A stretch of 64,000 bases of DNA. Source: Haliotis rubra. Taxonomy: Eukaryota. The position numbers and the translations under genes are program-made. The stretch is from contig NW_025767302.1 of the NCBI RefSeq assembly GCF_003918875.1, forward strand, positions 1,922,001 through 1,986,000. Direction: 5' to 3'. A model generated the notes under the pieces. The model searched no databases. It saw nothing but the letters and a program-made list of their open reading frames with translations, and was not told the origin of the DNA. Below are positions 8,847 to 21,954 of this stretch, piece by piece. Positions within the stretch are counted from its first letter, which is position 1, and each line of letters opens with the position of its first letter.

Positions 8847-11395
8847 ATGGCTAGTCCAGGCAGATCTGAAACTACAGATGCTACTCGCGCAGATGCAGTG
8901 AACATAAGTTTCTCTTTCTCATAAATTTCAGTGACAAGATCGGTTCCCAACATGCATAAATACAGGACAAGATACATGTTAAATACAGGTTTTCCTTTAG
9001 CAGTATTTGACTTTAGAATAAGACGGTAGCCTTATATTCTTTTTGCAGTTAGAACCGTGTTTGCAATTCATTTCCTAAGTACCGGCACGTATCATAATTT
9101 AACAGATATATGTGAGTGTTTAGCCCAGGACGTATAAAGGCGGTATAGAGTTTATTATGATCGTCCCGTCTAAGCAAACCGGTTTGCCACAAGCCCATGT
9201 TAAAGCATTTAGGAAACAACTCATCTAACTATGCCAAAGTGGGCTTTGTTTTAAATAATAACGTCATGACAACTTGTATTTCTCATATCTTGAGCAGGCT
9301 TTTTTATGCCGTCCAAGTGTGAAATATATCGAACCAATTGAACATATGTGACATACGTCTGGCAAAATAGAACCAGACGAGGTGATTGTTATCGCATGGC
9401 CGACTTTGGTATCACTCTAGTAATAAAACATTCATGAATACAATCAATAATTAGCCTTGTATGCACAATGAGAAACGACGTCATTGAATCCAATTTTACC
9501 ATTACAATTCAGGCTGTTTTCATGGGTCACATAAACTTTCAGTGTTTAATCTAAATTGTCTTTTCAGATTGAACAAGCAGAGATGGCTTCTCAGAAGAAA
9601 ATTTCCAAATGGAAGCAGAGTTTATTTGATCGTCTGCGCATCAAACTGAACCGACCATCGACAAGTGACGACCTAACAGATATAGGTCCACAAAGTCGAA
9701 ATGCTGTCAAACTGACAAAACAGGTGGAGACTGGGCTTATGAAATTCGACGAAAAGAAAATGATGTATACTCAAGTCCGAACTAAATCAGGAGGTGGTAC
9801 TCGGAATATATCGGTTCTGAAACAGTCAACTAGTTCAAGCTAAGAAGATCTTATTCGCAGAGGGACATTCCATAAAATTTGGACCCGAAACTGATTATGA
9901 GTTCAATGTCATGGACTATCAGTTTGTCATTCTGAATGAGGATGTCACTGTTCAGGATATGTCTGATCTTACTCGACTGACCAACCTGAGGTTTTATTTG
10001 GCGATGAAGAAGGTACAAGACACCACCACCAAAGATCCTGTTCCTGGTCATTGTGCCCAGAGTACCCATTCAAGACCGCAAACTTGGGGAGAAGCTGATC
10101 AAGATCAACCAGGACAACAAACGTTGGAACAAGGTCAACAGCATCAGCCACCAGGTCAACAGCATCAGCCACCGTGCTGGAATTCTAAACCACAGAATCA
10201 GGGGGATCAGCAGGATCATCAGGCACAAGCTGCAGGAAACACAGATGACCACAGTGATGATAACGATGAGTTACCAAATATCCTGCCTCTACATTCTGAG
10301 GTTGAACCATATTCAGTTGATATTGATCTCCTGGACAACTTCATTGCAGATCTTGAACACCAGACAGCACAAGCCAATGTCAGCCCCCATACCATACGTA
10401 TACACAGAGGACATGTCTTCCAGGAACTCAAAGAAAAATTCAAAGAAAAAACTTTCAATCAAAATAAGGATATTTTCAATTTCCAAATGATTTTGCCAAA
10501 TGGAGAAGTAGAGGTTGCCGAAGACATGCGAGATGCTTTAGTAGAGTTCTAGGATTCTTTCTTTGAACAGTGTTGTGTGGAAAGAGCTTGTAAGGTGCCA
10601 TTTATAAGGCATGATTATGACAGTGATGAATGGCTGGCATTTGCTTCCATTCTCTATTTCGGATGGAAGTGGCAGAACTACTTCCCCGTGAGCATAGCAA
10701 AGTCTTTTATGGCGTGTTGCATTTATGGCATGGATATATTTTCAACAACAGAAGAATCCCTTATACCGGAATACCTTTCCTTCCTTCCATGTTCAGAGGC
10801 TGGCATACTCAAGGCGTCCTTGGAAGGTGATTTTGTGGAGGAGGACGTTATTGATGTCCTCAGTGTCCATGAATGTAGAGGTCTGTCCACAAAAGAAACT
10901 CTCAAGAGGTTGATTGGCGAGATAGCTCACAAGGAGATGGTTCAGCAGCCAATGTATGTAAAGGGAGCATGGTTCGATAAACTGACTTTGTTGGGGTTCA
11001 GTCGTGGAGGAACATCTCTTGATTCACTGTATGACTCCCTCAGGCCAAACAATCGGAAAGTGATGAAGATGCTCTCATTTCCAGACGACATGTCCTTGCA
11101 ACAGAAAAGTACATCGGAGCTCCTCAGAAAATATGTCCGTGAACTGGAGAAAGATTATCTCGCCCGGTTTCTCAGGTTCTGCACTGGAGCCAACTTGTGT
11201 ATCACAGATGGTTATGGTCACCCAAAGCCAATCTACATTCGTTTCACAACACTATCAGGTCTGGCAAGGAGGCCAGTTGCTCACACTTGTGGACAAGTAC
11301 GTGAGCTGCCTGACCAATACGACAACTTCCTTGACTTCGTGAAGGAGTTCAACACGATCCTCGAGAGCGGTGTGTGGGTGATGGATTTTGTTTAG
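8847..11395 (+). pseudogene. G2E3-like HECT E3 ubiquitin ligase pseudogene (transposon cargo)
   Basis: HECT C-lobe FLRFCTGAN...RRPVAHTCG..LP..Y, plus IHRGHVFQEL and KVPFIRHD. Disabled by TAA at 9841-9843, a frameshift before 9911, TAG at 10550-10552 (EF*, normally W), and an apparently mutated donor (AAC|ataagt at 8904) after a putative first exon 8847-8903. Acceptor at 9567. Confidence 0.8.
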
Positions 11396-11989
11396 GAATC
11401 TTTTGTAATAACAAGTTTGACGTTTTGCGTGATATTTCCAAAATCACAGACTTCAATTTATTTTGATACTTTCATAAGTATATTTGATTTTAGTTTACAT
11501 TTCATGAGGTGATTCTGCGACAAATGATTAGCAAAACTCAAATATCGACGAGGACAATAAGAAACTCAGGTATTCCTGATTGAAGAAAAGTGTACAATGA
11601 CGTTTTTACTCATTTGTCAGGTTGACACAATAAAGTAGCTTTTTATGACACCCTGTCATGTATTGCTGCCATTTGCATTAATTGTTCGATCTCATTGTTT
11701 TGATTTCCGTACAATGTTAAATTACAATAAAAATAATGACCAGTTCAAGCACTATTGTGATTATAGTTTGTGTATTCTTTCTGTGTTGTTTGATTTATTA
11801 TGATGGTTGGTACATCTTATCATATCCAATTCTTTGACAAAACCCATGATCTTTGAATACAATGTTCACATTTACACAACAGAAATTGAACTTAAATGTG
11901 ATTTGAACACCTATTTGGATTAGGTATGATGTTCAAAATGTTGTTGCGTAATAATCTCTGGGTCGGTTGTTGATAAGCATAGAATGGTT

Positions 11990-12260
11990 TGGATTGGAAG
12001 GAACTGACGAGACTTTTCCCAGAGTATCCAATTGGCGGTGTTCCTGGAAGCAAACCATTCTCCCAATGTCCGCCAAGAGGTTGGGAGGTAGCAGGTACGA
12101 AACCTAAGACACCAAGAACAATGGGGACTTGATCAACTTGCTACTTAGGTTGTGCAAGCGAGGTCGCCATATTTGCCATGTTTCTCCTGAATCTCGTCAA
12201 ATACATTACTGTCAAAAGGGACAGAAAATTCAATAACAAAATGGATTTCTTTGCTTATTC
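11990..12260 (-). mobile_element. Second, more decayed copy of the restriction-like endonuclease end of an R4/Dong-type retrotransposon
   Basis: The minus strand gives FVIEFSVPFDSNV..IQEKHGKYGDLA..VPIVLGVLGFVP, paralogous to 12540-12720. Confidence 0.7.
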
Positions 12261-12299
12261 TTTATTACGTTTTACAGATTTAGATGAACATGCAGCAGA

Positions 12300-13830
12300 G
12301 AGCGTTTGGGTGATCCTGGCACAGTCATGCCGGTAGGGCTCGTCATCAGCTCAGGACCCTTGCCCCCTCTACACTCAGCCCAGACAGGACATGGGACTTC
12401 TCCCAGGAATCGCTGTCTTGTCAAACTCACCAATAACTTTCTGGAGAATATGAAGGCTCCCCAACCCTGCAGCCTTCCTTCTGCATTACCCACAGCGTCA
12501 GAAGGGCTGTGAGGGCTGGAGAACCCGGGCGCCAAGAGATCAGGAGGTACCAAACCAAGGGGACCGAGAACAATGGGGAGCCTGACGACAGTGTACTTTG
12601 GGTGCAAGCGAGACATTTCAGGGGCGAGGTCCGCACATTTAGCATGCTTTTCCTGAATCTTTCCAATCATATTTGCTGTCAAAAGGGACAGAAAGTTCAA
12701 TGATATAAATATATTCATTGGCCTTATCAAAAAGGACAAAATCAAGTTTGCTGTACATGAGCCAATTCCAAGTTTAAAAGCATCATTTTCCATGACGCCC
12801 TGGACATGTTCAGAGTCGTACCATGGATGCACCTCGGAGTGAAAGCCACAGGCATGGTGGAGACGGTAGTAGCAGCAACTAGCCATACCATCATGTCGTT
12901 TAAGGTATGCTGTTTGTGCCAAGGAAGGGCATCCACTCACAAGGTTTTGGACAGTCTCTGTGAATTGATTGCAAAGTCTACATTTCATGTTAATATTTTC
13001 TTTAAGAATCACATTTTGGCGATTGCGAATGGGAAGTGACTGGTCCTGAGCAGCAAAAGAAAGCCCTGTTTCACATAAAGACCAGGTGACTTCTTCCTGG
13101 CGAAGGAGTCCGCTGGATTGCTATTCTGTTCCCCACACTGCATGTACACACGATGTGATGGTTTCTCAGAAAGCTTATCCGCGAATAACCGACTCTGGAC
13201 AGACTTGGTGAAGGACTTCACCTGGTTTACTACCATTGCTGTACCGTCCAACAATAGATCGCCATCAACAATATCAACCTCAGATTTCAGATTCTGTCCA
13301 GCAACCTTGGCACGCTTAACATGGCTGTGGAATTCCTTGTTCCATCATTGACATACATCATCAGAGGACCATCCGACATAAATAAGTACACACAAAATTC
13401 TACCATGAAAAGCCTCCACTTAATCAAACCCCGACCTCCCGAATTAATTTGCATTATATAAACGACTGAGAGAGGAACGAGGGTAGTGGTCTCTGTTATC
13501 AGATATTATGATTTTCTGGTATTATGATCTTCTGGTCATGCAGCCAAGACTCTGGATGTCATGTTTTATTTAATCAACTACTAGGAATAGGAAAGGACTG
13601 GCACATCAAAAGTATTGGTGACTGTGACCGTGTCTCAAGCATTTAGCTCTGAGCTCCAGATTTCTTTAAGCGAGTTTAATACTCGGCCCGAAGTTTGTCT
13701 TGAAACTGGGCATTCTGAAACTTGTTTCGAACTTGCATTCCAAGATAGATGTAGGCCTGATCTTCCGCAAGATGCTCAATAACTCCTCCCCCCCCTGTAA
13801 CTTGACCAATCCATCATTAATTACCTTGAC
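12300..13830 (-). mobile_element. Decayed R4/Dong-like (RLE-type) non-LTR retrotransposon, RT C-terminus plus CCHC and endonuclease
   Basis: Motifs SELNA..NTF.VPVLSY, RLY..GGRGL, CRLCNQFTETVQNLVSGCPSLAQTAYLKRHD, IQEK..K..DLA.E and PIVLG.LG. Many frameshifts and stops. Confidence 0.8.
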
Positions 13831-15314
13831 TCTTCAAATGAAGAGTATTACATTTGTCGAGTCCAAATGTCCATGGGTAGTAGATGGGACAGTGAAACAA
13901 ATGCAGGTGCTGTACGTGATGAGCGTTAACTTAGACCAACCCAACTTGTTCTCGTTGTTTCATCTTATGTGCATACCCCCTTGTAATACAAACCAATAAT
14001 AGCGATTTGAAACTATTATCGTTTGTTAAACAACTTTTATCCTAAGTTGAATAAAATTCTGAGATTTGAATGTTCGATTGGCAAGGTAAAATTATGAGGA
14101 TTCGCAATCTTAATTTCGCTTAAATCAATTTACTTTTTTATTTAGAGTGAAATTCATCGGTACGTTTTCACTGCAAACAGACTATAGTGATTAACAGTGT
14201 AGATGACTGCATTGTTCTTGTTTTTTTATTTTTACGAAGTATTTCATAGATACTTGTTGTCTACGAACGTGAAGAGGCATCCCTTTTTTTATAAACATAT
14301 TTTATTCATGAAATATAAACATAACATTGAATATGGATTGACACAACAAGCCAACGGCTTATGTGAGTGCTGCTCCATCAAATATAACACAATACAATCA
14401 ATGATTAATTTCAAACAAAGTACAGAAGCAATTATTTCCACAATGGCATGAAATCCATAATCATAGGAAAATGTCTACAAAATTACATTCAATAGTTCAT
14501 AGTCATTGCATACATAAGAGTTTAGAATCATTAGAATCTATTTGAAAGCAGTAAGTATTTATGAACAGAGTCAAGAATAAGCTGATTAATTCTGTTGCTG
14601 GAAGTTTGAATACCTTGAAGAATTGAATTTAAGTCAAAACCATTAGTATAGAAATATTTTTCTGATCTTATTAAGTCATAACAAGGGCAAGAAAAGAAAA
14701 GGCATGTGTTAGCACTAATCTGAAGAGCTAATATCCCACAGACATATTCTCAAAGCTTTACAACCGAGAGGGTCAACCGTATTAAGACAACATTTAGACA
14801 CAAGCGGCCATAGTCAGGTCGAGATGAGATCTAGATCGGGCCTTCAGTGTAGAACAATCACATATTTAATGTATAATCACCTACACTTAACAGCAGAACA
14901 TGACCACCAGGTACTGATTTTACTTATTATTTGAGAGATTCCAAGACATAATGCACTCCAAATTATGTTATGATGATTTGCGATTTCAAGAAAGACTTGC
15001 AACATGCACTCTTGGTGGCAAACAGCTTTCTGTGCTTCAGATTCCAGAAGAACAGCTGATCTCAAGGTAAAACGTCCTTTTCTGGATTCTGACTGGTCTG
15101 GTTAACTACGGTCATAGTTACAGTGAGAAATAAGGGGATTAGGTACGTTCCTCTCTGTGGACGTAGGAAGCGATGATTATGTTTAAAGGAACGGTTTAAA
15201 CCATTATGTTATACCGGATCCACTGTCAATGTGTTCCCTTTGTCATTTTGAGGTTAAAAAAGTATACCTTGGCGAGGTTTTTGCATTGGTGTAGATCCTT
15301 CGCCATACTGCTAT

Positions 15315-15458
15315 GAGTGAGTGAGTTAGTTTAGTTTTACGCCGCTTTTAGAAATATTCCAGCGCGAAACACCAGAAATGGGCTTCACACATTGTACCCA
15401 TGTGGGAATCGAACCAGGACTTTCAGTGTGAACGCATTGAACGCTACCCCAGCGCCCC
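15315..15458 (-). mobile_element. tRNA-derived SINE (internally deleted)
   Basis: Same family as 17222-17386 (GGTTCGATTCCCACATGGGTACAATGTGTGAAGCCCATTTCTGG, TCAC tail). Confidence 0.8.
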
Positions 15459-17221
15459 ATATTGCTATGGCTTGACCCCGGGCCCGTAGTAATTTCAATA
15501 ATGTCTAATACATCAAACATTTGCGATGTACCAGACGAGTTTTCACAGTGTTATATCACGAATATCTACAAAAACTCCTTCATAATAACTCCGATGATTG
15601 TCACTTAAATTCATTCCCTTAGTGACCTCTGTGTTATTGCATTACACTGGCTTATGTATTGAAGAAGCAGCATGTCATATCGACATACCCCCTCCCTTTC
15701 GATACAAAAAATATATATTTATACTGAACAACCACCCAACCCCACCCACCCCTCCCCTTTGCAGCTTGTACAATCAATTCCGTAGTCCTTTTTTGGTTAC
15801 AACTACTGGGACACACTATCACGATGACATGGCTCAGATAGCTAACTGAAAATATAGCGGTACAGTATTTGCTCTCCTTGAAACAGATGTTTGTCCTAAA
15901 TACAGGAGATAAGTATTGCCAGATCGCACTTTACAGCATGTAGCAGCCTACAGATATGCACTAGACTGTGCAGGTATGTGTTTGGGGAGGACTAACAATA
16001 CGCTTCCATCCAGAACAAATATTGCCTAGTTTGTCTATTAACTATTTACTTACAGTATGTGTTTTGTGTATGACAACTTCCTGTACATACTGATGCAACA
16101 TTTCGATACAGATATTTGTACCGATGTTTTAGCAGAAATTAAACAATTATATATAGAACTGTAGGTTACAAACAAAAAACAGATTACAGGTGGACTGGAA
16201 CATGTTATCGAAATATCGCAAAGAATGTATAATTTAATTTTAAGGCGACCACTCCACTATAAACATCACCTTCTAAAATGGAAATGCCATTTTGAAATAT
16301 GTTTATCTGTGGATTACCAGAATATTACCACCATTCAAACTTGCAAACAGAAACACATTTTCTTTAAAGTATCGCTCACCATTTTAATCAAATCACACTG
16401 TAACCGATAACACTTTTGTTATTTGTTCACAAAGGTAAGTGTAGGCAACGGTCTTTTCCCAATATGGCAGCCACACCGCTGAAAACAGACAATGGGTCAA
16501 ATACCATCCAGAAGTAACATGTCGTACAATAGTTGTCATGAATTTCATCGAAATACTTGAATCAAGCCTGTTACAGTTCTTGACTTCAGAATAGTGTTGG
16601 AAATCGTCAGGAATTCCGCACTTGGAAAGCAGACAACGCGTACACCTTATTGTTAAAGGAATCGGCGTTCCTATAACGAAGCTTTCTTGAAACCGGTCGT
16701 TATATTTCTCAGTAATAATGCCAATAAGACGTTAAATTATAATTCATTCACTATCGAAACCGCCCCATCCTCAAATTATGCCATGTTTGTTTACAGAAAC
16801 AAATGAATGGAAACTGAAATCATACTTCCTGGGAATATACTGACCGCTGCAAGATTGTATGAGCACTTCAGTCATACGCTGCACCCGACAGTTACCGCAA
16901 AACTCTCCAACATTCTCCACTTTCACATGAAAATGATTAAAATCGAACAAAAGTCGTTAAATGTATGGACTGATATCTAAAGGTTGAATTTGCTGTCACA
17001 ATAAATTGATTATTGACATCTTATAACGGGAATATTATCATAACGGCGCAGCATATATTATGGGATATAGGCTCCTTCGTTGTTCCGTATTTGCTTGAAC
17101 CAAGAACTGCTATGGTTCACTGGCACAAAGCTAGCTATACTGAATGTTGCTACTATGACTAGCCTATGACAAAGTATGAAACCGTTAAACATTTGAGACA
17201 TACATCACTTTGGGCTTCATA

Positions 17222-17386
17222 GGGGCTGTGGGGTAGCCTAGTGGTTAAAGTGTACGCTCGTCACGCCAAAGACTCGGGTTCGATTCTCCACATGGGTACA
17301 ATGTGTGAAGTCCATTTCTGGTGTCCTCGCCGTGATATTGCTGGACTATTGCTAAAAGCGACGTAAAACTAAACTCACTCACTCAC
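17222..17386 (+). mobile_element. Full-length tRNA-derived SINE with 14-bp target-site duplication
   Basis: A-box TAGCCTAGTGG, B-box GGTTCGATTC and (TCAC)n tail. TCACTTTGGGCTTC is duplicated at 17205-17218 and 17383-17396. Confidence 0.9.
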
Positions 17387-17759
17387 TTTGGGCTTCCCTC
17401 CACATCACGTTGACGTATGTGCAGTTGTGAAACCACTCTTCTCGGGACAGTGAAGACATTCCTAATTTGATGTGTCGCAAAAACTTGTGAATAAGTTAGA
17501 ATACTGGAATATTTGTCGTCAGATTATCGAGGTTTTACTCGCGGTCATTTCGGTAAACTCTTTCAAATGTTACATTGATATTATTCAGTGAAATTTATAT
17601 AACTGTTTGCACATTTTCTGTTGTATGTCAGTCAAAACACGGACGATGATAGTGATACATTTAGAATAGTCATAATCATCATTATAACATCGAGCACATA
17701 TTCCCTATTCCTAAACACTGGGTATAGCGTCACTCTGGGTATAATATATTACCAAACCA

Positions 17760-18149
17760 TATCTCCAAGGTATACGTTCCTATAAATCTCTACTAGTACT
17801 AATCTCCAGGGTATACGTTCCTATAAATCTCTACTAGTACTAATCTCCAGGGTATACGTTCCTATAAATCTCTACTAGTACTAATCTACAGGGTAACGTT
17901 CCTATAAATCTCTACTAGTACTAATCTACAGGGTATACGTTCCTATAAATCTCTACTAGTACTAATCTACAGGGTATACGTTCCTATAAATCTCTACTAG
18001 TACTAATCTGCAGGGTATACGTTCCAATAAATCCTCCACTAGTATACGTTCCTATAAATCTCTACTAGTACTAATCACCAGGGTATACGTTCCAATAAAT
18101 ATCCACTGGTACTAGTGGAGATTTATCGGAACGTATACCCTGGAGATTA
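17760..18149. repeat. 41-bp minisatellite ending in an inverted unit
   Basis: About 8 copies of CAGGGTATACGTTCCTATAAATCTCTACTAGTACTAATCTA. The last unit is followed by its reverse complement (18110-18149). Confidence 0.9.
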
Positions 18150-18312
18150 TGGAGGATGAAACCCAAACTTAATCCTTGTCAATCTTGGCGTAGACTCGTC
18201 CCATTCCCTTTGTAATCTATACTTGACACTGACCAGCTGGTAAAATTCCGCATCAGTTTGCTAAGGTGTTTCCACTTACCTATTATTAGAACAAAGTGGA
18301 TCTCAAATTACC

Positions 18313-19023
18313 GGGAAATCCCAGCGAAGCACTGGGACGATGATCGAGAATTGAATGCTCATGTGAACATGATTAACACCGACACGGTTTTGTCAGCAGG
18401 AGCAAGTAATGAATGAGATTTTAATGTTTACAAGAAAAACATGGAGTGGAATCAAACACACACGATTAGCCGATATTTTCTTCAAACAATCCTTAATTTC
18501 CTAGTCATTCGATTTGTCCCGAAATGTTTCTCAGAAAACAATGGTATTGTCATAACAATTTGAGCGTCGGTGGTTATTGTATTAAACTATTTTAATAGTT
18601 TTGTTCCATTAAGAATATTAAAAATTTGATGTTAAAAAACCTAAGCTGGTTCCCTCTCCCTTTGAGCATAGCCAACTTGCGCCAAAGCTATGAGAGACGG
18701 GGTCTAGCTAAATACATACCCTTCGATTATTACGTGGGTCTTAAAATAGCCGGACCGGTAAAACCCAGGCATAGAAACAAGAATCCATATTACATCCTGT
18801 CATAGAGCTTGAATTATAAATAGCCATGACGGACGCAAGGCTCGATATCAGTGCTACTGCCAAAGCTTTTTTGTTCTTGGTCGCTCGGTCCTTCTGCAAC
18901 TGCATTAGCATAACCTGTTACCCAGGAACAGTACAATGAGCTATGATCTGTACCTAAAAATAGCTACATTTATAACCTGCTTATTGATGTGAGGTGTATA
19001 ACCGGTCGACATAACCGGTAAGT
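18313..19023 (+). promoter_or_regulatory. Candidate promoter and non-coding first exon of IAP paralogue 1
   Basis: kB site GGGAAATCCC 18313-18322, TATA/MEF2-like TTATAAATAG 18814-18823, MEF2 CTAAAAATAG 18954-18963, and donor CG|gtaagt at 19018. Confidence 0.4.
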
Positions 19024-20809
19024 TTTATTCAGGCATAACAACAAAACTAGATAGATAGGATTTCAACCGATTTATTCCACGGACATTAGTCTACATGCAA
19101 CAGATGCACCTTGCTTCTGGTGATAACCTGCTTCTTGAACAGTGTTAGGTGCCACTAACGACGTCAAGGGGTGTCGACAGCCTCCACTGTCAACCTGATA
19201 TCTTTACCGCGGCTGTTCCTCAGGCGAGTACAAATATTTCTATTATTTATCAGAGTAATAGATCTAGTTAGTTTCTCGGAGCACTTCAAACGACACTGAA
19301 CTACTTTCAGGAAACTGTCTAGCTAATATGCAGGTAGAATGTAGGAAGTAAATAAACAAAATAGAAGTTGAGCCCCTCAGCGCATGTTGATTTTAGAAAT
19401 CATTTAGCGTTGCGTCATCCCAGCCTGTACAAGAACTCTGGTTCAATACAGACAGACTTTATTCGGTAATGTAGGCCATGTGGCCTATGTTACAATGGAT
19501 TTTAAGAATAACATTTAAGTCACGATTTTCTTGACATAAACAGTTTTTGTATATAAATAGAAGTGATTTTAATAACAGTTTCATTTTTGCAATTTAGTAT
19601 ATTTGGCGAAGTTAACTGGCCATGGAATACATCTGTGAGTTGAGTAATATAATGCAAACGTAAGTCATTATAATATTCACATACAAAGAAAACATGATCT
19701 TCGGTCTCAATGAGACCCTTAGTGCAGTAATTACAATTACTATTTTGAAAATCTACTTTTTCTTTCGTAACATATTAACTTTGAAATTGTGCAAATTTAT
19801 TCTTAATTTACAAAAAGCACGGTTCAATAACGCCTTGGTGAGATCAACAGGGCTATCATTACACAATGCCATTTAGAAAGTGGTCGAACTCTGAGGGTGT
19901 GAGTTCGAATCCCGGATGGGGCTCAACTCCAAAAGTACTAGAATTTGTATTTTACTAAGAAAGTGTAATCCCAAATATAGCATATGTAACAGGGCTATCG
20001 TATCAATGTCATATGCAGAAAGGATAAGCCTAATTGGAGAAAATCCATTTTAAAACGATAATTTGAAATCCAGTGCACGTTTTGTCACATGACCATGCAA
20101 GTTGTAGGTAGGTAGATTGTGTTAGGTTCGATTTTGGGGCGATATTTAGGCCTAATAAGTCCTGTAAGCGCCCAACACTTCACAAAGTGTTATATTTGTG
20201 TTTTATGTAATTTATGTCAGACTTCCCCGTGTAAATGAATAAGTGACACAGCTCTCAGAATGCAACAATACAGTGAATGTTCCACGTATGTCACAGTCAA
20301 AACTCTTTTTCAAATTATTAACTTTTCTTTTACAAATCATCTCAGAACACTTGGTGTGTACGTTCCTTGGTACGCAAGTTTATACACAGCATTTAACATT
20401 TATGATTACTTAGCTGAATTGGAATAAAACATCTATAGATATGATTAAAAATAAATGAATAACCAATAAATCACATTCTAACACACAGTTTTAGGTTTTC
20501 AATAAAAAGGGCGACACAATATAGGTCAAATACGGGACAGCAGCAATGACTTGAAACAGCCTGTCACTCTTCTTGACTCCAGAATAGTTTTGGATGCTGG
20601 CACGAATTCTGTATTTTAATTCGGCTTCATTGCACACAGCTGTCCGTTTCAAACTTTCAAATAGCTTGTCCCAAGTTCGGTGGGCCCAGAAAGCTCCTCA
20701 TCGGTTGCTCAACTTCCACCACTGTCAAGCTTCTTGGTTGTTTTTTTATCAAAGCTACACGTTAATTTTTAAAAATAAAAGGTAAACCTTCGCTGTGTAA
20801 TAACGTTTA

Positions 20810-21910
20810 ATGTCACGATCCACCGGTGCATCGCCGGCAAGATTTGCACGATACGATGCACGATTCATTTGTATTAGTATCGACATACATCGATTATTAT
20901 TTTGATATAGCACATTATATCACACAACACTTTTGTTGGAAAATACAAACAAAACAGTGAAGTTAACACATTTTCCATTGTATTTTGTTATACAGAACAT
21001 AAGATATGACTTGGTGAGTGTGGTTGATGATACTTGGCTGATACTCAGTCTTCCCTTCTCTAGTAATCTCTTCCACGTATCGTATTGTGACCTCAGTGTC
21101 GCGATACGTAATACTATCGTATTGTTACCTCAGTATCGCGATACGTAATACTATCGTATTGTGACCTCAGTGTCGCGATACGTAATACTATCGTATAGTT
21201 ACCTCAGTATCGCGATACGTAATACTATCGTATTGTTACCTCAGTGTCGCGATACGTCTCGTGTCGTGACCTCAGTATCGCGATACGTATCGTATTGTGA
21301 CCTCAGTGTCGCGATACGTAATACTATCGTATTGTTACCTCAGTGTCGCGATACGTCTCGTGTCGTGACCTCAGTATCGCGATACGTAATACTATCGTAT
21401 TGTTACTTCAGTGTCGCGATACGTAATACTATCGTATTGTTACCTCAGTATCGCGATACGTAAGACTATTGTATTGTTACCTCAGTGTCGCGATACGTCT
21501 CGTGTCGTGACCTCAGTATCGCGATACGTATCGTATTGTGACCTCAGTATCGCGAAACGTATCGTATTGTGACCTCAGTATCGCGATACTTATCGTATTG
21601 TGACATCAGTATCGCGATACTTATCGTATTGTGACATCAGTATCGCGATACGTAATACTATCGTATTGTAACTTCAGTGTCGCGATACGTCTCGTTTCGT
21701 GACCTCAGTATCGCGATACGTATCATAATGTGACCTCAGTATCGCGATACTTATCGTATTGTGACCTCAGTGTCGCGATACGTATCGTGTTGTGACCTCA
21801 GTATCGCGATACGTATCGTGTCGTGACCTCAGTGTCGCGATACGTATCGTGTTGTGACCTCAGTATCACGATACGTATCGTATCGTGAGGCACCTATGTC
21901 GTGACATCCT
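20810..21910. mobile_element. Non-autonomous TIR element whose subterminal repeats expanded into a satellite
   Basis: ATGTCACGA at about 20810 and TCGTGACAT at about 21899-21907 are inverted. CGATAC-type subterminal repeats occur at both ends. Confidence 0.5.
21076..21890. repeat. CpG-rich minisatellite with palindromic GTATCGCGATAC core (about 30/37-bp variants)
   Basis: More than 20 copies of GTGACCTCAGT(A/G)TCGCGATACGT[AATACT]ATCGTATT. Confidence 0.95.
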
Positions 21911-21954
21911 CAGTAATAACTACAGACCGAGTGTTTATGTTCTTCAGATACAAG

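Larger units (their letters stand above)
8402..11395 (+). mobile_element. IS3EU-like DNA transposon remnant (left end, subterminal repeats, HECT cargo gene)
   Basis: Begins TACGG(A/T)GCC..TTAGGGCCA (twice, at 8402 and 8568) and truncates a SINE tail at 8371-8401. Subterminal TTGAAA(A/T)TTCAA arrays are followed by a G2E3-like HECT gene. The right end and transposase were not found. The superfamily call is inference. Confidence 0.5.

Noticed and set aside
9911-11395. The 213-aa and 272-aa ORFs as two functional genes
   Set aside because: They share one frame separated by a TAG at a conserved Trp, so they are parts of one HECT pseudogene.
17222-17295. tRNA genes at SINE heads (also 51622 and 52400-52469)
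   Set aside because: They continue into SINE bodies with tails and TSDs and lack a complete cloverleaf.
21901-21954. ORF-track N-terminal extensions of IAP1 (21901), IAP2 (29542) and IAP3 (start at 36661)
   Set aside because: The first two run through polypyrimidine acceptors. The third is an internal GTG of exon 2.
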